Source of the DNA: Candidatus Obscuribacteraceae bacterium
GTDB lineage: Bacteria > Cyanobacteriota > Vampirovibrionia > Obscuribacterales > Obscuribacteraceae
Direction of reading: 5' to 3'
Assembly (NCBI GenBank): GCA_044226015.1
Contig: JBGAHS010000003.1
Location: 544,001 to 608,000 of the forward strand
DNA length: 64,000 nucleotides
Below are positions 1 to 8,881 of the stretch, piece by piece (positions within the stretch are counted from its first letter, which is position 1; each line of letters starts with the position of its first letter). Below the pieces are notes generated by a model. The model was not told the origin of the DNA. It saw nothing but the letters and a program-made list of their open reading frames with translations, and did no database searches. Made by a program: the position numbers and the translations under genes.

Positions 1-750
1 TGGGCTGTGCTCCGTTTCGCTGCCGACTACAAGCCGCACGTGAACATCGCCATCGGCGACTGGCTCGACGTGTTCGCTCTCAGCCGGCATCCCAGCCAGC
101 TCCGCGCGGTCAAGAAACCGCAGGACGAGTTCGACGAAGGCAAGCGCATCTGGGACGAGCTGATGGATGTCACAGGCGCTGCCTGGGGCTACATCATCGC
201 CGGCAACCACGAAGACCGCATCTACCGCTTCCTGCAGGATCTCGCGCCCGCGCTCGGCAACATTGTTACGCCGAACAATCGCGAACCGCTGAACTTCCAC
301 AACCTGATGGGTTTCACCCCGAAGGACAACACGACCTTCCTCTACGGCGTGGAAGAGCGTGGTGGTTTCGAAGGCGGCATGGTCATCAACAATGACCTGA
401 ACCTGCACCACGGCATCATCGTGAAGCCGCAGCCCGGTGGTTCGGCGCAGGCCGACATGATGAAGTGGCAGTGGAACATCGGTCACGGTCACACGCACCG
501 CATGGGCCACTCCGCCATCGGCAACCTCCGTTCGTACGAGTTTGGTCACCTGGTCGACCCCGACCACTCCTATCTCTCGTATGCGAAGTCGATGTTCCCG
601 AACTGGGCTTTCGGTCTGGCCGCCGGCGTCGTTTACAACGGCAAGGTGCACGTCCAGCCGATTCCGGTCATCCCCATGTCCGATGAGACCGGCACGACGC
701 GCCTCGGCTTCGTGTGGGATGGAAAGGTCTACCTCGAGTCGGACCGCTGA
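1..750 (+). CDS. Calcineurin-like metallophosphoesterase (phage-type family), 5' end truncated by window edge
   Basis: Frame open from base 1; motifs GDWLD, GNHEDR, HHG, GHTHR in the expected order. Confidence 0.85.
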   Translation, partial: WAVLRFAADYKPHVNIAIGDWLDVFALSRHPSQLRAVKKPQDEFDEGKRIWDELMDVTGAAWGYIIAGNHEDRIYRFLQDLAPALGNIVTPNNREPLNFHNLMGFTPKDNTTFLYGVEERGGFEGGMVINNDLNLHHGIIVKPQPGGSAQADMMKWQWNIGHGHTHRMGHSAIGNLRSYEFGHLVDPDHSYLSYAKSMFPNWAFGLAAGVVYNGKVHVQPIPVIPMSDETGTTRLGFVWDGKVYLESDR

Positions 751-757
751 TCCTTCT

Positions 758-805
758 GCAGGCGGAAGTGGGGCATAACGCACGCTTCCGCCTGCCTGGT
801 TTTTC
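758..805 (+). terminator. Intergenic 13-bp hairpin with weak U-tract (terminator or mRNA-stabilising stem)
   Basis: gcaggcggaagtg (758-770) pairs with cgcttccgcctgc (783-795), followed by ctggtttttc. Confidence 0.55.
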
Positions 806-832
806 ATTCACAATTCACAAGGAGCTCAGACC

Positions 833-1600
833 ATGAGTACCAAACTCAGCAAGCGGTTCATTACCGCCGCGGCAGCCCTTCCTCTGGGATGGCCGCCGAA
901 AAATCTGCTCGCGCAGAAAGAAATGTTCGTGAAGAAGGTCGTCTTCGACCTGCACGGACCGATCCTCGACTTCAACGGTCCCTTCCTCGCTCACCTCGCC
1001 GGCCTCTACAACAAGAAGCTGGACGTGTCGATGCTGGACCACTACAACATGGGCTACAACGTCGGCATGCCGATCACCCCGCACCAGTTCCAGCGTGGGC
1101 TGCAGAACTTCGGGCGTCTGGCGCACGGCGGCTTCCGAGACCTTCCGGCGATGCCTGGCATCGTCGAGGCTTTGAAGCAGATCCAGGACGCCGGCATCAA
1201 GGTGGAAATCTGGACCTATGCCCCTGGCGCCACCGACTACAGCCATGACACGCTGTTGTCGAACGGCACCGGCATCGCCCAGCTCGCCACGCTGGAGTGC
1301 ATCGAAGCTCTGGGCATCGTCAAGGACGTGCACAAGCAGGTTCGCTTCATCAAGCCGGAGGCGAAGGCTCCCGGCATGGCAGCGGAACACATCCCGCTCA
1401 TCGTCGAAGACCACCCCGTCACTGCTGTGACTGCGGGTGCGGCCTACGGCAACGCAGCGATCCTCGTTCCTGAGCACTACAACCGGGGCGTCAGCGCTCC
1501 TGGTGTTCTCAGGCTGGACAATCGGGCCGACCTGGCTCCCGCCATCATCAGCTTCTTCGCGGAGCTCGAGAAGGCGGGTTGTCTCATCGGCGGGCGCTAA
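833..1600 (+). CDS. HAD-superfamily 5'(3')-deoxyribonucleotidase-like protein
   Basis: VVFDLHGPILDF (motif I variant), FRDLPAMPGIVEALKQI, LIVEDHP (motif IV); AAGGAG RBS upstream. Confidence 0.7.
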   Translation: MSTKLSKRFITAAAALPLGWPPKNLLAQKEMFVKKVVFDLHGPILDFNGPFLAHLAGLYNKKLDVSMLDHYNMGYNVGMPITPHQFQRGLQNFGRLAHGGFRDLPAMPGIVEALKQIQDAGIKVEIWTYAPGATDYSHDTLLSNGTGIAQLATLECIEALGIVKDVHKQVRFIKPEAKAPGMAAEHIPLIVEDHPVTAVTAGAAYGNAAILVPEHYNRGVSAPGVLRLDNRADLAPAIISFFAELEKAGCLIGGR

Positions 1601-1612
1601 GCCCTTTTCTGA

Positions 1613-1705
1613 AGGTTCCGGCTGAGCTGTTTATCACGCGTATCCACGCAATAGCGTGCAGGCAGTCGCTTGCACGCTATCTACTTTTAACGCTCAGTCG
1701 GACCT
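1613..1705 (+). other. Intergenic three-way-junction RNA structure
   Basis: Outer stem 1613-1627/1692-1705; inner hairpins 1638-1649 and 1651-1680 (13 bp). Confidence 0.55.
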
Positions 1706-1732
1706 GAGCACTACTCACAGGAGAAAATAGCC

Positions 1733-2953
1733 ATGGGACGACCCTTACGTAATGGCGGTAATTCCTTCCAGGTGGCGATTCGCCCTCTGGTCAAGACCTG
1801 CCCCGAAGAGACTGGCATCAACCGCCTCAGTCTGCCGGACGGCACCAAGATTCTCGTTCTCGCTCACGCGTACTTCCCGAGTCACGACCGTGAGCTTCAC
1901 ACCGCGATCACCAAGCTTCTCAAGTCCGAGAAGCCGGAGGTCACGATTCTTCTCGGTGGCATGATTCACGAGGAAGCCTTCAAGGCTGTTCTCGATGACG
2001 AAGACACCGTCACCAAGCTCACCAAGGCCTACGTGCCGCCGGAAATCCAGAAGATCATGGCGGAGCACACTGGCGTCGAGAAGCGCTTCCTCGAGCTGGC
2101 GAAGATGGGTGGACAGTACATCGCCGAGTTCCAGAAAGCTTCTGGCGGGCACGTGTACTACATCCCGTCTGTCACCGGCATGCTCCCGAACGAAGTCGAC
2201 ATCATGCGCTTCGTGCTCGAGCAGAAGGAACGCCTGGACGCCTGGGCGGACAAGCATCCGGATGAAGCCGTCATCGGCCCGGATATCCCGAAGGACTTCG
2301 CGACCTTCCTGGGACTGAACAGCAACCCGAACATCACGGTGCTGCCGTTCGGCTCGTCGCTGGTGGTCAACGACAGCTCGATGTTCGTCATCGGCGATTT
2401 CCGTCGTCGCAACCCGCTCACCGCAGCGCGCACGCAGGGCGCCAACTACCCCGACATGGATGTGGTCGTGGTCGGCTTCGACGGCAAGTCGTCGTCGGCT
2501 TACGAGACCTTCCCGCTGAACACGATGCCCGAGCCAACTCGTCGCTTCCGTGCCTACCACGAAGTGGGCAACCTCTTCGACCTCAGCAAGGGCATCGGCT
2601 ACCTGCGCAACTACGACCTCCGGGCCAAGGGTGTGGTCTACGGAGAAGTTCGCAGCGGACGCTATCACGCCTGGTCGGTTCCGGCTCTGGCTGGTAACGA
2701 CGGACGGCGTGCGTTCAACATCTACAACCGCATCTACCAGGAAGATGACTTCAACCCTGGCATGCGGAACATCGCGCTTCCGACTCCGGCTTCCGTCAAC
2801 GGACTGGCGAAGAAGCCTGCTTCGGCTGCGGCTCCTGCGAAGGTCACCGCGAAGAAGCCTGCTTCGGCTGCGGCTCCTGCCAAGGTCACCGCGAAGAAGA
2901 AGCCTGCCAGCAATGCCACCAAGGCGAAGCCGGGCAGCAAGAAGAAGAGCTAA
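1733..2953 (+). CDS. Degenerate (pseudo) metallophosphoesterase with Lys/Ala/Pro-rich histone-like C-terminal tail
   Basis: Colinear similarity to CDS 1-750 with metal ligands replaced; tail AKKPASAAAPAKVT x2; AGGAG RBS. Confidence 0.75.
   Translation: MGRPLRNGGNSFQVAIRPLVKTCPEETGINRLSLPDGTKILVLAHAYFPSHDRELHTAITKLLKSEKPEVTILLGGMIHEEAFKAVLDDEDTVTKLTKAYVPPEIQKIMAEHTGVEKRFLELAKMGGQYIAEFQKASGGHVYYIPSVTGMLPNEVDIMRFVLEQKERLDAWADKHPDEAVIGPDIPKDFATFLGLNSNPNITVLPFGSSLVVNDSSMFVIGDFRRRNPLTAARTQGANYPDMDVVVVGFDGKSSSAYETFPLNTMPEPTRRFRAYHEVGNLFDLSKGIGYLRNYDLRAKGVVYGEVRSGRYHAWSVPALAGNDGRRAFNIYNRIYQEDDFNPGMRNIALPTPASVNGLAKKPASAAAPAKVTAKKPASAAAPAKVTAKKKPASNATKAKPGSKKKS
2807..2899 (+). repeat. 42-bp in-frame tandem repeat (2 copies + partial)
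   Basis: gcgaagaagcctgcttcggctgcggctcctgc(g/c)aaggtcacc at 2807-2848 and 2849-2890. Confidence 0.95.
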
Positions 2954-3075
2954 TCCCTAGCCCAGCGGGACACTGGCTACGCACATCCCGGGTGCCGGCA
3001 AGCAAAAGCAGAAATGCTAATGCTTGTTCGGCGCCCGGGATCTTGTGCGGGGATTCAGCTCTTCTTTCTTTTTTG
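2952..3075 (+). terminator. Structured 3' trailer (branched, GAAA-capped long hairpin) followed by a pyrimidine/U tract
   Basis: aatccc/gggatt closing stem; hairpin 2980-3049 capped by agca-gaaa-tgct; ctttcttttttg follows. Confidence 0.6.
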
Positions 3076-3179
3076 CCTCGCCTTCTACTATTAGCCTTAG
3101 TATCTCACAAGGCGAAAAGGGTGAACACTTTCACTGCCGAATGAAATGATTCAACAGCGGCTGCCTGCTGAAAGCTAGC

Positions 3180-3620
3180 TCAATACCGGCTTTCGTCACA
3201 CTGCAAACACATGAGCCCGAGCGATCTCCATCCTTGAACAGCCGTCTCTCGATCATCAATCACAAGCCAGGGCTCAAATCCGTGCTTGTGCATAAGGCTC
3301 AGCATTTCACTTTTCACAGTTCCATCCGCACGACGGTCAGAGTCTCCGCGCAAATATATCTTCTCGTACGGCACATCATATTTGCCGAGCCAGGCTTCTG
3401 TCGCCTTTCGAAGCCTCTCCGGCCGTCCGCTTGCAATAAGAATGGCATTGTTTTTTGCAAGCTCTTGCGCCAGTCGAACTATTTGCTGACGTGGCAAGTC
3501 TTCAGCACAAGCAGCAAAAAACCGCTCCCAATCTTTTTTCTGTCGCTGAACAAAATGCAGCCTGTGAGTGCAATCTGCTAGAGTTCCATCAACATCAAAA
3601 ATTACAGCAGCCTTTCTCAT
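3180..3620 (-). CDS. HAD acid phosphatase, polynucleotide kinase 3'-phosphatase (PseT-like) domain
   Basis: AVIFDVDGTLAD, SGRPE, K in motif III, VIDDR; alternative GTG start at 3626. Confidence 0.85.
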   Translation of the reverse strand: MRKAAVIFDVDGTLADCTHRLHFVQRQKKDWERFFAACAEDLPRQQIVRLAQELAKNNAILIASGRPERLRKATEAWLGKYDVPYEKIYLRGDSDRRADGTVKSEMLSLMHKHGFEPWLVIDDRETAVQGWRSLGLMCLQCDESRY

Positions 3621-3708
3621 TTCCACCTACGCCACCGCTGGCGACACCATTCAACAATCACTAGACACTGATGTATTATATCTTCTATTGCAGCGGCGGA
3701 GAATAATC

Positions 3709-4149
3709 ATGACTACAGACGAACATATGAATGAAGCCATTCAGCAAGCGCGAAAAGGCTTCGCAGAAGGCGGCATACCCATCGGCTCTGTCTTAGTCAG
3801 AGCTGGAAAAATCATCGGAAAAGGTCATAACAGGCGCCTGCAGCATGGTGACCCTACGGCCCATGGTGAAATTGACTGCCTGCGCAATGCCGGTAGACAG
3901 AGAAGCTACAAAGACACAGTAATATACTCAACCTTAATGCCCTGCAACATGTGCGCCGGAGCCATAGTTCAGTTTGGAATACCGAAGGTGATTGCTGGAG
4001 AAGATAAGACGTTTCCCAGCGCTAGAAAATTCATGGAAGCCAACGGCGTCGAGGTCATAGATCTCAACTTAAGCGAGTGCTACGAATTGCTGCAGGAATT
4101 CAAAAGACTGCATCCAGAAGCCTGGGACGAAGACATAGGCGTCGACTAG
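3709..4149 (+). CDS. Nucleoside/cytosine deaminase (zinc-dependent CDA fold)
   Basis: EGGIPIGSVL, HGEIDC, PCNMC motifs; GGAG RBS before ATG 3709. Confidence 0.9.
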   Translation: MTTDEHMNEAIQQARKGFAEGGIPIGSVLVRAGKIIGKGHNRRLQHGDPTAHGEIDCLRNAGRQRSYKDTVIYSTLMPCNMCAGAIVQFGIPKVIAGEDKTFPSARKFMEANGVEVIDLNLSECYELLQEFKRLHPEAWDEDIGVD

Positions 4150-4661
4150 TCTTTAAGGAAACTTCTGCTTAGCTCATCTTGACTTAGACTTGCTTTGACG
4201 CCCTCATGCTTCAACTCAGCAGCCAGAAAGGCATCGCGCCGGAAAGCACCAGTCACAGACATCGTTAGAATACGCCTTTCATCAAGAGCAATCTCAAAAC
4301 TAATCTGCCTGCTGTCCGGCGAGACATTGAACCCGCTCGTCAGATCTATCGCCAGATAATCCCTAAACAAAGACTCAATCGCCTGGGCATAGTCAAGGAG
4401 ATACGCATCGTCAGCTTCTCGAACACAATTTTTCATACTCTGACCAAGGGCACGCATTCCATTTCGGAAGATCTTGCTGACGGCGTTTTTCGCCTCCACA
4501 GCAGGGTCGGCGCAGATATTTCGTGGCACTCGCCGCGCAGAATTCTCAAAACCGCTGCAGATATCAACAGCCTCTAGAGAGCCGTCAATTTCGTACTGGG
4601 GAGCCTCCCGAAGGATGTCGGAAGCTTTCACTAGCTCATTTCTCAACTGCTCAAATTTCAT
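4146..4661 (-). CDS. Hypothetical protein
   Basis: 171-codon ORF with GGAG RBS, fills the gap between convergent and divergent genes. Confidence 0.65.
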   Translation of the reverse strand: MKFEQLRNELVKASDILREAPQYEIDGSLEAVDICSGFENSARRVPRNICADPAVEAKNAVSKIFRNGMRALGQSMKNCVREADDAYLLDYAQAIESLFRDYLAIDLTSGFNVSPDSRQISFEIALDERRILTMSVTGAFRRDAFLAAELKHEGVKASLSQDELSRSFLKD

Positions 4662-4873
4662 GCGGTATCTCCGGCGTAATAGCATATTAAAGCCAGCGGT
4701 CTGAAAATTTCTTGAGAACCCAGGAGATACTTTATAAGTGCTGAATCAGAATATCAGCCGTAAAGAGAGCTAGAAGAATAGTCATTATCTAGAAAATTCT
4801 GCGAGAATTGCCTAAACTCCATTATGTTTGCGGGTATAGATAAAGCAGGCGGGCTAAATCTGCAAGGCATTTC

Positions 4874-7234
4874 ATGACAAGCTTTGACAATCAATTCCAG
4901 GACCTGAAAGTTCAATTCGTCGCGCGCTCGAAAGATCGCCTCGCCGCGATTGAATCTCTTCTTACTAGATTGCAACAAAATCCCGCAGATATCAGCATCC
5001 TGCGTCAGGTCATGCAACATTTCCACTGGCTTGCAGGCTCTGGAGGCACCTACGGCTTCAATGACATCACGCAGTGGGGAACTTATGGAGAAGAACTCTG
5101 CGACTACCTTCTGAAGCTACAAGCACCAGTGACAGCAGCAGATCACGAAAAGCTTATGACGGCTTTAAGCACAGTCGAGCAACTTTTTGCAGCTCAAGTA
5201 GCACCGCCCACTCATTCGATGACAGGCGAAGTTCAAACAAAAATGAAAGGCACTTCTGAGCTTCTCATTCCTCCGGGCGCATTGATGAACTCCATTCAGG
5301 AAGCCGGAAACAGAACAAACCCGAATGCCTTTAACCAGTTGAGTTCAATGGGAAGCACCAATAATTACACAAAGCCAGACCCGGGCGCAGGCGCGCAAAC
5401 GACGGGATACACTGACCCTGGCTATACATCGAGCCAAAAGAACCCCGGCTATCAATCGAGCGATTCGAGCTATAACACCGGAGCCCAAGCAGGCAAGCCT
5501 AGTTCTGATTACAACACCAGCGGATATCAACAAAGCAGGCAAACTAACTCCTACAACAAAACCGGCGGCGAAGCTTATGGACAAAATCCTTCCGGTGCAG
5601 CCTATCCGAGCGCAAATACTGGCTATGGCACTGGCGCTGCCCCGGCAAGCAATCCTCCTATCACAGGACAGCCAGGTTATACAGCGCCCGCCAGCTCTGG
5701 AAATGCGATTCCTCCGTCGACCGGCGCTCCCCCGCAGAAGGAAACCGGCGCTTTTCCAATAAATCAAACAGTTGATAGCTACAGCAGGAATACCTCGCAA
5801 CAACAGCTTCCTCCAAAGACCTCAGGTCCCTATGACACAAGAGTCATAGAGAATCAGGGAGTCGCACCACCACTTTCGTTTCAACCACAAAATGCAACGC
5901 AAGATTCCACTCTGCTGAGCGCAAGACCAGGCACAGCTGAAGCACGTAAACCCTCACGGTTAGCGCATATACCCGCAAACCGAAAATTTGCCATTTTTGT
6001 TGATAACAACCTGGCGAATTTAGCACCACTTAAACAAACGGTTGAAGAGCGAGGGCTAATCGTAGAGGGCTTTTCTAGTGCGTCCGAAGTAAAAAACGCT
6101 TGCGTCGAACGCCTTCCCGACTTGCTTATCATCGGCGCTCCGCTAATAGATAATAATGGCTATGAACTAGTTGAACACATACGTGCTCTTGAAGCTGGAC
6201 ACAAACCAATAGTGCTTCTGCTGACTCAACAGGCTGCATTCCTGGACAAGGTTCAAGCCATTAGAGCGGGTGCTGATGCCTTTTTTGAATATCCAGCTGA
6301 GCTATCTGATCTCATAGACAAAATACATACACTTCTTGAACGTGACAAAAACGAGAGCTATAAGATCCTCTCTGTAGAGGACGACCCCGACCAGGCAAAC
6401 TTCATAAAGTTGACACTGCAATCAGCCGGCTACAACGTTTTGCACATCTCAGACCCAAAACAGTTTGAAGAGCACTTCCTTTCCTTTGAGCCAGATCTTG
6501 TTACGCTCGACGTTTTACTTGGCGATTTGACGGGCTTTGAATTAGCCAAATATATTAGACAGAATGACCGTTTCGCCACCTTGCCAATCATATTTTTGAC
6601 CACACAAAACAAATTGCATCAACACATCAGAAGTGCCATCGCCGGTGGTGACGAGCACCTCATCAAACCAGTTCCGCCCCAACTGCTGATTGCAACGGTA
6701 GCAAGCCGACTAGAGAGAGCACGAGCCCTTAAACGCTTGATTGATCGCGACGGACTGACTCGATGTTTGAACTATGGCAGCTTCATGGAACGAGCCCAGA
6801 AACTGGCTACGCCTGAGGGATACCGCTCGGCTCCTGCAATGATGATGATCGACATAGATAATATGAAACGCATCAACGAAAAATTGGGTTACGCAGCTGG
6901 TGACCGCATCATCTCAAACATAGCAAACATGCTGCTTAAGGGCTTCCGCAATACCGATTTGATCGCACGATTTAGCAACGATGAATTTGCTATAGTCCTG
7001 GAACATTTGAACGTCCAACAGCTACAATCGTTGTCCTCGCAAGTATTGGGCGCCATCAGCGGCACACCTCAACTAGTGCGCGGTCGCTCTGTTTCCGTCA
7101 CATGCAGCGGCGGCGTAGCAGTATTAGAACAGGGCATGTCGATTCAAGAGTGGCTGAGTTCGGCTCAAGATGCACTGAAACGAGCGAAAGAAGCGGGCGG
7201 CAATAGAGCCATCGTCAAAGCAGCTTCGAGGTAA
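4874..7234 (+). CDS. Hpt - low-complexity linker - pseudo-REC - REC - degenerate GGDEF protein
   Basis: HWLAGSGGTYGF (Hpt), VEDD...LDV...KP (REC), DGLT, DIDNMK, RNTD I-site, SNDEF in place of GGDEF. Confidence 0.9.
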   Translation: MTSFDNQFQDLKVQFVARSKDRLAAIESLLTRLQQNPADISILRQVMQHFHWLAGSGGTYGFNDITQWGTYGEELCDYLLKLQAPVTAADHEKLMTALSTVEQLFAAQVAPPTHSMTGEVQTKMKGTSELLIPPGALMNSIQEAGNRTNPNAFNQLSSMGSTNNYTKPDPGAGAQTTGYTDPGYTSSQKNPGYQSSDSSYNTGAQAGKPSSDYNTSGYQQSRQTNSYNKTGGEAYGQNPSGAAYPSANTGYGTGAAPASNPPITGQPGYTAPASSGNAIPPSTGAPPQKETGAFPINQTVDSYSRNTSQQQLPPKTSGPYDTRVIENQGVAPPLSFQPQNATQDSTLLSARPGTAEARKPSRLAHIPANRKFAIFVDNNLANLAPLKQTVEERGLIVEGFSSASEVKNACVERLPDLLIIGAPLIDNNGYELVEHIRALEAGHKPIVLLLTQQAAFLDKVQAIRAGADAFFEYPAELSDLIDKIHTLLERDKNESYKILSVEDDPDQANFIKLTLQSAGYNVLHISDPKQFEEHFLSFEPDLVTLDVLLGDLTGFELAKYIRQNDRFATLPIIFLTTQNKLHQHIRSAIAGGDEHLIKPVPPQLLIATVASRLERARALKRLIDRDGLTRCLNYGSFMERAQKLATPEGYRSAPAMMMIDIDNMKRINEKLGYAAGDRIISNIANMLLKGFRNTDLIARFSNDEFAIVLEHLNVQQLQSLSSQVLGAISGTPQLVRGRSVSVTCSGGVAVLEQGMSIQEWLSSAQDALKRAKEAGGNRAIVKAASR

Positions 7235-7240
7235 GCACCC

Positions 7241-8881
7241 GTGTCTGTTCATGAGTGGCAAGAAAAATTCGGTGCCCTGCGCGATAAATTCCTCAAGCGT
7301 TCTCACGAAAGACTTCCCGCTTTGCTTGAGATGCTGGCTTTTCTCGAAGAACACCCTGCAGATGAAGAATGCCTGAAAGAAGTGAGACAGTTATTTCACT
7401 GGTACGCAGGTTCTGGCGGCGTCTATGGCTATGACCAGGTAAGTGATTTGGGACTGCAAGCAGAGTCTTTATGCGACGCTAATTTGCATCAAAACAGCCC
7501 CCTTTCACAAACTGATCAGACAACGCTCAAGAACATTGCTTTGTCAATTCAATCGCAAATGGACTCTAGCGAAGAACCAGCACTGCCTGCGGTTCCGATT
7601 GCACAGTCAGCGAAAACAGACAATAAAGATTACATCTTGCTGCTTGCTCAGAGCTCCAACAACATCGAGAAAATTCTTAGCGGTCTTCAAAAAAACGGAA
7701 CAAGAATAGAACAAACAAGCGACTCAGCACACGCCACAAGCCTTATTAACAGGCGCTTACCCGAGGCTTTTATCGCATCATTACCGCTCGACGACTGCGA
7801 TGCTTGCAGTATGGCCAGATTGATTAGAGATTGCCCTGGAGGTGAACGTCCTCCGATCATTTTTCTCAGCCGCCAATCGGGCTTTCTCGATAAGGTAGAG
7901 GCGATAAAAGCAGGTATAGACAGCTTCTTTGAGCACCCGCTTGACGAAGAACAAATACTCCAAAAGCTCAACCATCTTCTTGAAAGAGACAAGCCTGAAA
8001 CCTTCAAAATACTATCTGTTGAAGATGACCCCGACCAGGCTGAATTTATCAAACTTACGCTCGAATCTGCTGGTTACACAGTAGTGTCGCTTCAGGATCC
8101 GACAAAATTCGAAGAAACTTTTTTGAAAACTGAGCCCGACCTTGTTTTGCTAGACGTGATGCTAGGCGCAATGACCGGGTTTGAACTAGCCCAGTACATC
8201 AGGCAGCAAGACAGATACGCAGCACTTCCAGTAGTATTTTTGACCACCGAAAATGCGCTCGATATGCATGTAAAAAGTGCGCGTATCGGTGGTGATGACC
8301 ATCTTATCAAACCCATTGCGCCACAATTACTTGCAGCTGCAATCTCCGGACGGCTCGAGAAGGCACGCATACTGCGCAAACTAATTGAAAGAGATGGCTT
8401 GAGTGGATGCCTCAGCTTCGGGGCTTTCATGGACAAAGCCATAGCATTCACTCAGAGTAAAACAGAAGAAGATAAGCTTATCTTGCTCTTGTTCGACATT
8501 GATTCTATGCGCATCATAAACGATAGATTTGGATACGCAGTCGGCGATAAAGTCATCTCATCAGTTGGAAGAAAAATCAGCAAAATGCTGCGCAATGCCA
8601 GCTTGTTGGGCAGAGTATCTGGCGATCGTTTCGCGGCTATCATCGAAGGACTGTCGATTTCAGCAGCAATCAAGCTCAGCTCGGAAGTCATTGACGACCT
8701 CAGCAAGCTTCAACAATACGCAGCCAATGGTAACTTTCATTGCACAACAAGCGCAGCCTGCATTCCTCTGCAAAAAAATGAAGAGTTTCGCAGTCGCTTG
8801 AGCTTTGCTGAAAGTCAGCTCAAAGAGGCGAAAGAACGAGGCGGAAATCAGGTCGCTTGCGAGAAAGTTTCAACACTCTGA
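7241..8881 (+). CDS. Hpt - pseudo-REC - REC - degenerate GGDEF protein (paralog of preceding gene)
   Basis: HWYAGSGGVYGY, KILSVEDDPDQA shared with paralog, SGDRF in place of GGDEF; GTG start 6 nt after previous stop. Confidence 0.9.
   Translation: MSVHEWQEKFGALRDKFLKRSHERLPALLEMLAFLEEHPADEECLKEVRQLFHWYAGSGGVYGYDQVSDLGLQAESLCDANLHQNSPLSQTDQTTLKNIALSIQSQMDSSEEPALPAVPIAQSAKTDNKDYILLLAQSSNNIEKILSGLQKNGTRIEQTSDSAHATSLINRRLPEAFIASLPLDDCDACSMARLIRDCPGGERPPIIFLSRQSGFLDKVEAIKAGIDSFFEHPLDEEQILQKLNHLLERDKPETFKILSVEDDPDQAEFIKLTLESAGYTVVSLQDPTKFEETFLKTEPDLVLLDVMLGAMTGFELAQYIRQQDRYAALPVVFLTTENALDMHVKSARIGGDDHLIKPIAPQLLAAAISGRLEKARILRKLIERDGLSGCLSFGAFMDKAIAFTQSKTEEDKLILLLFDIDSMRIINDRFGYAVGDKVISSVGRKISKMLRNASLLGRVSGDRFAAIIEGLSISAAIKLSSEVIDDLSKLQQYAANGNFHCTTSAACIPLQKNEEFRSRLSFAESQLKEAKERGGNQVACEKVSTL

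Noticed and set aside
1..4149. Prophage
   Set aside because: Phage-type enzyme families are present but there are no structural, integrase or att features in the window; the holin-like gene at 10457 belongs to a family common in chromosomes
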